Assembly (NCBI GenBank): GCA_026387455.1
Contig: JAPLLR010000014.1
Coordinates: forward strand, 5,052 to 69,051
Length of the DNA stretch: 64,000 bases
Direction: 5' to 3'
DNA from: Candidatus Omnitrophota bacterium
GTDB taxonomy: Bacteria > Omnitrophota > Gorgyraeia > Gygaellales > Profunditerraquicolaceae
Within the stretch, counting starts at the first letter, position 1, and each line of letters starts with the position of its first letter. Below are positions 61,825 through 64,000 of this stretch, piece after piece. The position numbers and the translations under genes are program-made. The notes under the pieces were generated by a model. The model had not been told where the DNA came from, searched no databases, and saw nothing but the letters and a program-made list of their open reading frames with translations.

Positions 61825-61825
<1 letters not shown>

Positions 61826-62772
61826 TGAGTTGGACCAAGAAAGATCTATTGGGGCTTGAATATTTAAGCAAGGAAGAGCTGGAGCTCATCCTTGCCACTG
61901 CTGAGAGTTTTAAAGAAATTTCCTCGCGCGAGATCAAAAAGGTCCCCGCCCTGCGTGGCAAAACCGTGGTTAATCTGTTCTATGAGCCATCCACCCGTAC
62001 CCGCGTTTCTTTTGAAGTAGCGGCAAAGCGTTTGTCCGCGGACGTGATCAATATCGCCACAGAGACCTCAAGCGTCAAAAAAGGCGAGACCCTGATCGAT
62101 ACCGGGACCAATATCCAGGCGCTCAAGGCTGATGTGATCGTTATCCGGCATAATTATTCCGGGGCAGCCAACATGCTGGCCCGTCATCTGGATATCAGCG
62201 TGGTCAATGCCGGAGACGGCTGGCATGAACACCCCACGCAAGCTCTTTTAGATATATTTACCTTGAAAGAAAAGGTGGGAAAAATAGAAGGCTTAAACGT
62301 AAGTATTGTGGGAGATATCGCGCATTCTCGGGTGGCGCGTTCCGATATTTGGGGCCTGACTAAATTAGGCGCAAAAGTCACGGTGTGCGCACCGAAGATC
62401 CTAATTCCCGAAGGGATTGAACATATGGGCGTGCGGGTGACTCATAATATCGATGAGGCAATGCGCAATGCCGATGCCATAAATGTTTTGCGCATGCAGT
62501 TTGAGCGCGATGAAAAGGCGGTATTCCCGCAGCAGCTGGAATATTTTAAGACTTACGGTATTACCCTGGAACGTTTAGAGAAAGCTAAGAAAGATATCGT
62601 GGTGATGCATCCCGGTCCCATAAACCGCGGGATTGAGATGTCTAGTGAAGTGGCGGACGGAAAGAATTCAGTGATCCTTGAGCAGGTGACTAACGGTATC
62701 GCAGTGAGGATGGCGGTGTTGTTCCTGGTAGCCCAGGTAGCCGACAGCAAAAAAAATGAATTTACTCATTAA
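61825..62772 (+). CDS. pyrB: Aspartate carbamoyltransferase catalytic subunit
   Basis: FYEPSTRT, HPTQALLD, GDIAHSRV, HPGP.NR. Confidence 0.97.
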
Positions 62773-64000
62773 GGGTGGCAGGGTAATTGATCCGGCGAAT
62801 AATTTAGACGGTGCGTTTGATCTCCTGATCGATAACGGTAAGATAGCAAAGATCGCTAAAGGTATCCGTAACGGCGTAGACCAGATCATCGATGCCACAG
62901 GAAAGATTGTCTCACCTGGCATTGTGGACATGCATGTGCATTTACGCCAACCCGGACGGGAAGATAAAGAGACTGTGGCTACAGGCACCGCTGCCGCAGC
63001 CCGGGGCGGAGTCACCAGTGTTTTAACCATGCCTAACACTACTCCGGCTATTGACGATGTGGAAGTAGTCGAGGATTTACTAGGGATTATTAAAAAAGAC
63101 GCAGTGGTTAATGTCTTTATCTGCGCTGCTATTACCCATGGCCGCGAGGGTAAGGAATTGACTGATTTCGCGAAATTAAAAAAAGCAGGCGCGGTGGCGA
63201 TTTCCGATGACGGAGTTTCGGTGGAAGATGATAGCCTGATGCAGGCAGCTTTGAAGCTAGCCAAAAAAACGGGGATAAATGTGGTATGCCACAGCGAAGA
63301 TAAGTCTCTTTCTGCCGCAGGAGTGGTGAATGCCGGTTTTACGGCTACTCGCCTTGGCCTGCGCGGTGTATCCAAGGAATCGGAATATAAGCGGGTATCG
63401 CGGGATATAGAGCTTGCGCACAAAGTGGGGATTACGGTGCATATCGCCCATGTAAGTTGTAAAGAGACTGTAGAGATCATCCGGGAAGCAAAAAATAAAG
63501 GCATCAAAGTGACTTGTGAAACCGCGCCGCATTATTTTTCCTTAAGCGATGAGGCGGTGCTGGCCTATGACACAAATATGAAAATTAACCCGCCATTACG
63601 CTCTAAAGATGATATAGAGGCGATTAAGCAGGGGTTAAAAGATGGCACCATTGATGCTATTGCTTCTGATCATGCTCCGCATACTGAGAATGAGAAAGAG
63701 ATCGAGTTTGACCGCGCGGAGTTCGGGGTAGTGGGTCTTGAAACAGAATTAGCTGTCAGCATAACTGAGTTGATCGAGACCGGGGTATGCGGCTGGCCGA
63801 AGTTGGTGGAGAAACTCAGCCTTAATCCGGCGAAAATTCTGGGAATTAATAAAGGAACATTAAGCGTTGGTGCCGATGCTGATATCGTGGTTATTTCCCC
63901 TGAAGAAGAGTGGATAGTGCGCAAGAATGAGCTGGTTTCTAAATCCAAGAATTCCCCGTTTATTGGCCGCACGCTTAAGGGTCGGGTTGACTGTACGGTT
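62756..64000 (+). CDS. pyrC: Dihydroorotase (runs off window end)
   Basis: Manual translation MNLLIKGGRVIDP; DMHVHLRQPG, MPNT, KINPPLR, ASDHAPH. Confidence 0.93.
   Translation, partial: MNLLIKGGRVIDPANNLDGAFDLLIDNGKIAKIAKGIRNGVDQIIDATGKIVSPGIVDMHVHLRQPGREDKETVATGTAAAARGGVTSVLTMPNTTPAIDDVEVVEDLLGIIKKDAVVNVFICAAITHGREGKELTDFAKLKKAGAVAISDDGVSVEDDSLMQAALKLAKKTGINVVCHSEDKSLSAAGVVNAGFTATRLGLRGVSKESEYKRVSRDIELAHKVGITVHIAHVSCKETVEIIREAKNKGIKVTCETAPHYFSLSDEAVLAYDTNMKINPPLRSKDDIEAIKQGLKDGTIDAIASDHAPHTENEKEIEFDRAEFGVVGLETELAVSITELIETGVCGWPKLVEKLSLNPAKILGINKGTLSVGADADIVVISPEEEWIVRKNELVSKSKNSPFIGRTLKGRVDCTV

Overview
Bacterial chromosomal segment spanning the replication origin (rpmH<>dnaA at ~44.4 kb, where gene orientation flips). 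It is most likely from Candidatus Omnitrophota, an inference from the large secreted-protein architecture and gene order. Most of the window is housekeeping: gltX, 2-oxoacid:ferredoxin oxidoreductase, dxs, xseAB, rny, pheST, trk, infC-rpmI-rplT, thrS, gmk, parAB, yidC, dnaA-dnaN-gyrBA, glmS, pyrBC, five tRNAs and 6S RNA. Most unusual: (1) a 1867-aa secreted modular protein whose predicted mRNA 5' end is fully complementary (19 nt, two G-U pairs) to its own terminator 5.7 kb downstream; (2) an intact-looking EF-G fused to an N-terminal membrane anchor, coiled coil and Pro/Glu linker, directly downstream of a PilZ gene; (3) several families of covarying intergenic hairpins, including a nested 45-nt element abutting Shine-Dalgarno sites; (4) an AT-rich accessory array with four terminators sharing a conserved loop and an interrupted GEMM-I riboswitch; (5) no rnpA at its usual locus, an internally deleted pyrR, and a 38-aa membrane peptide in the trk operon. 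All calls are from reading the sequence; no searches were run.
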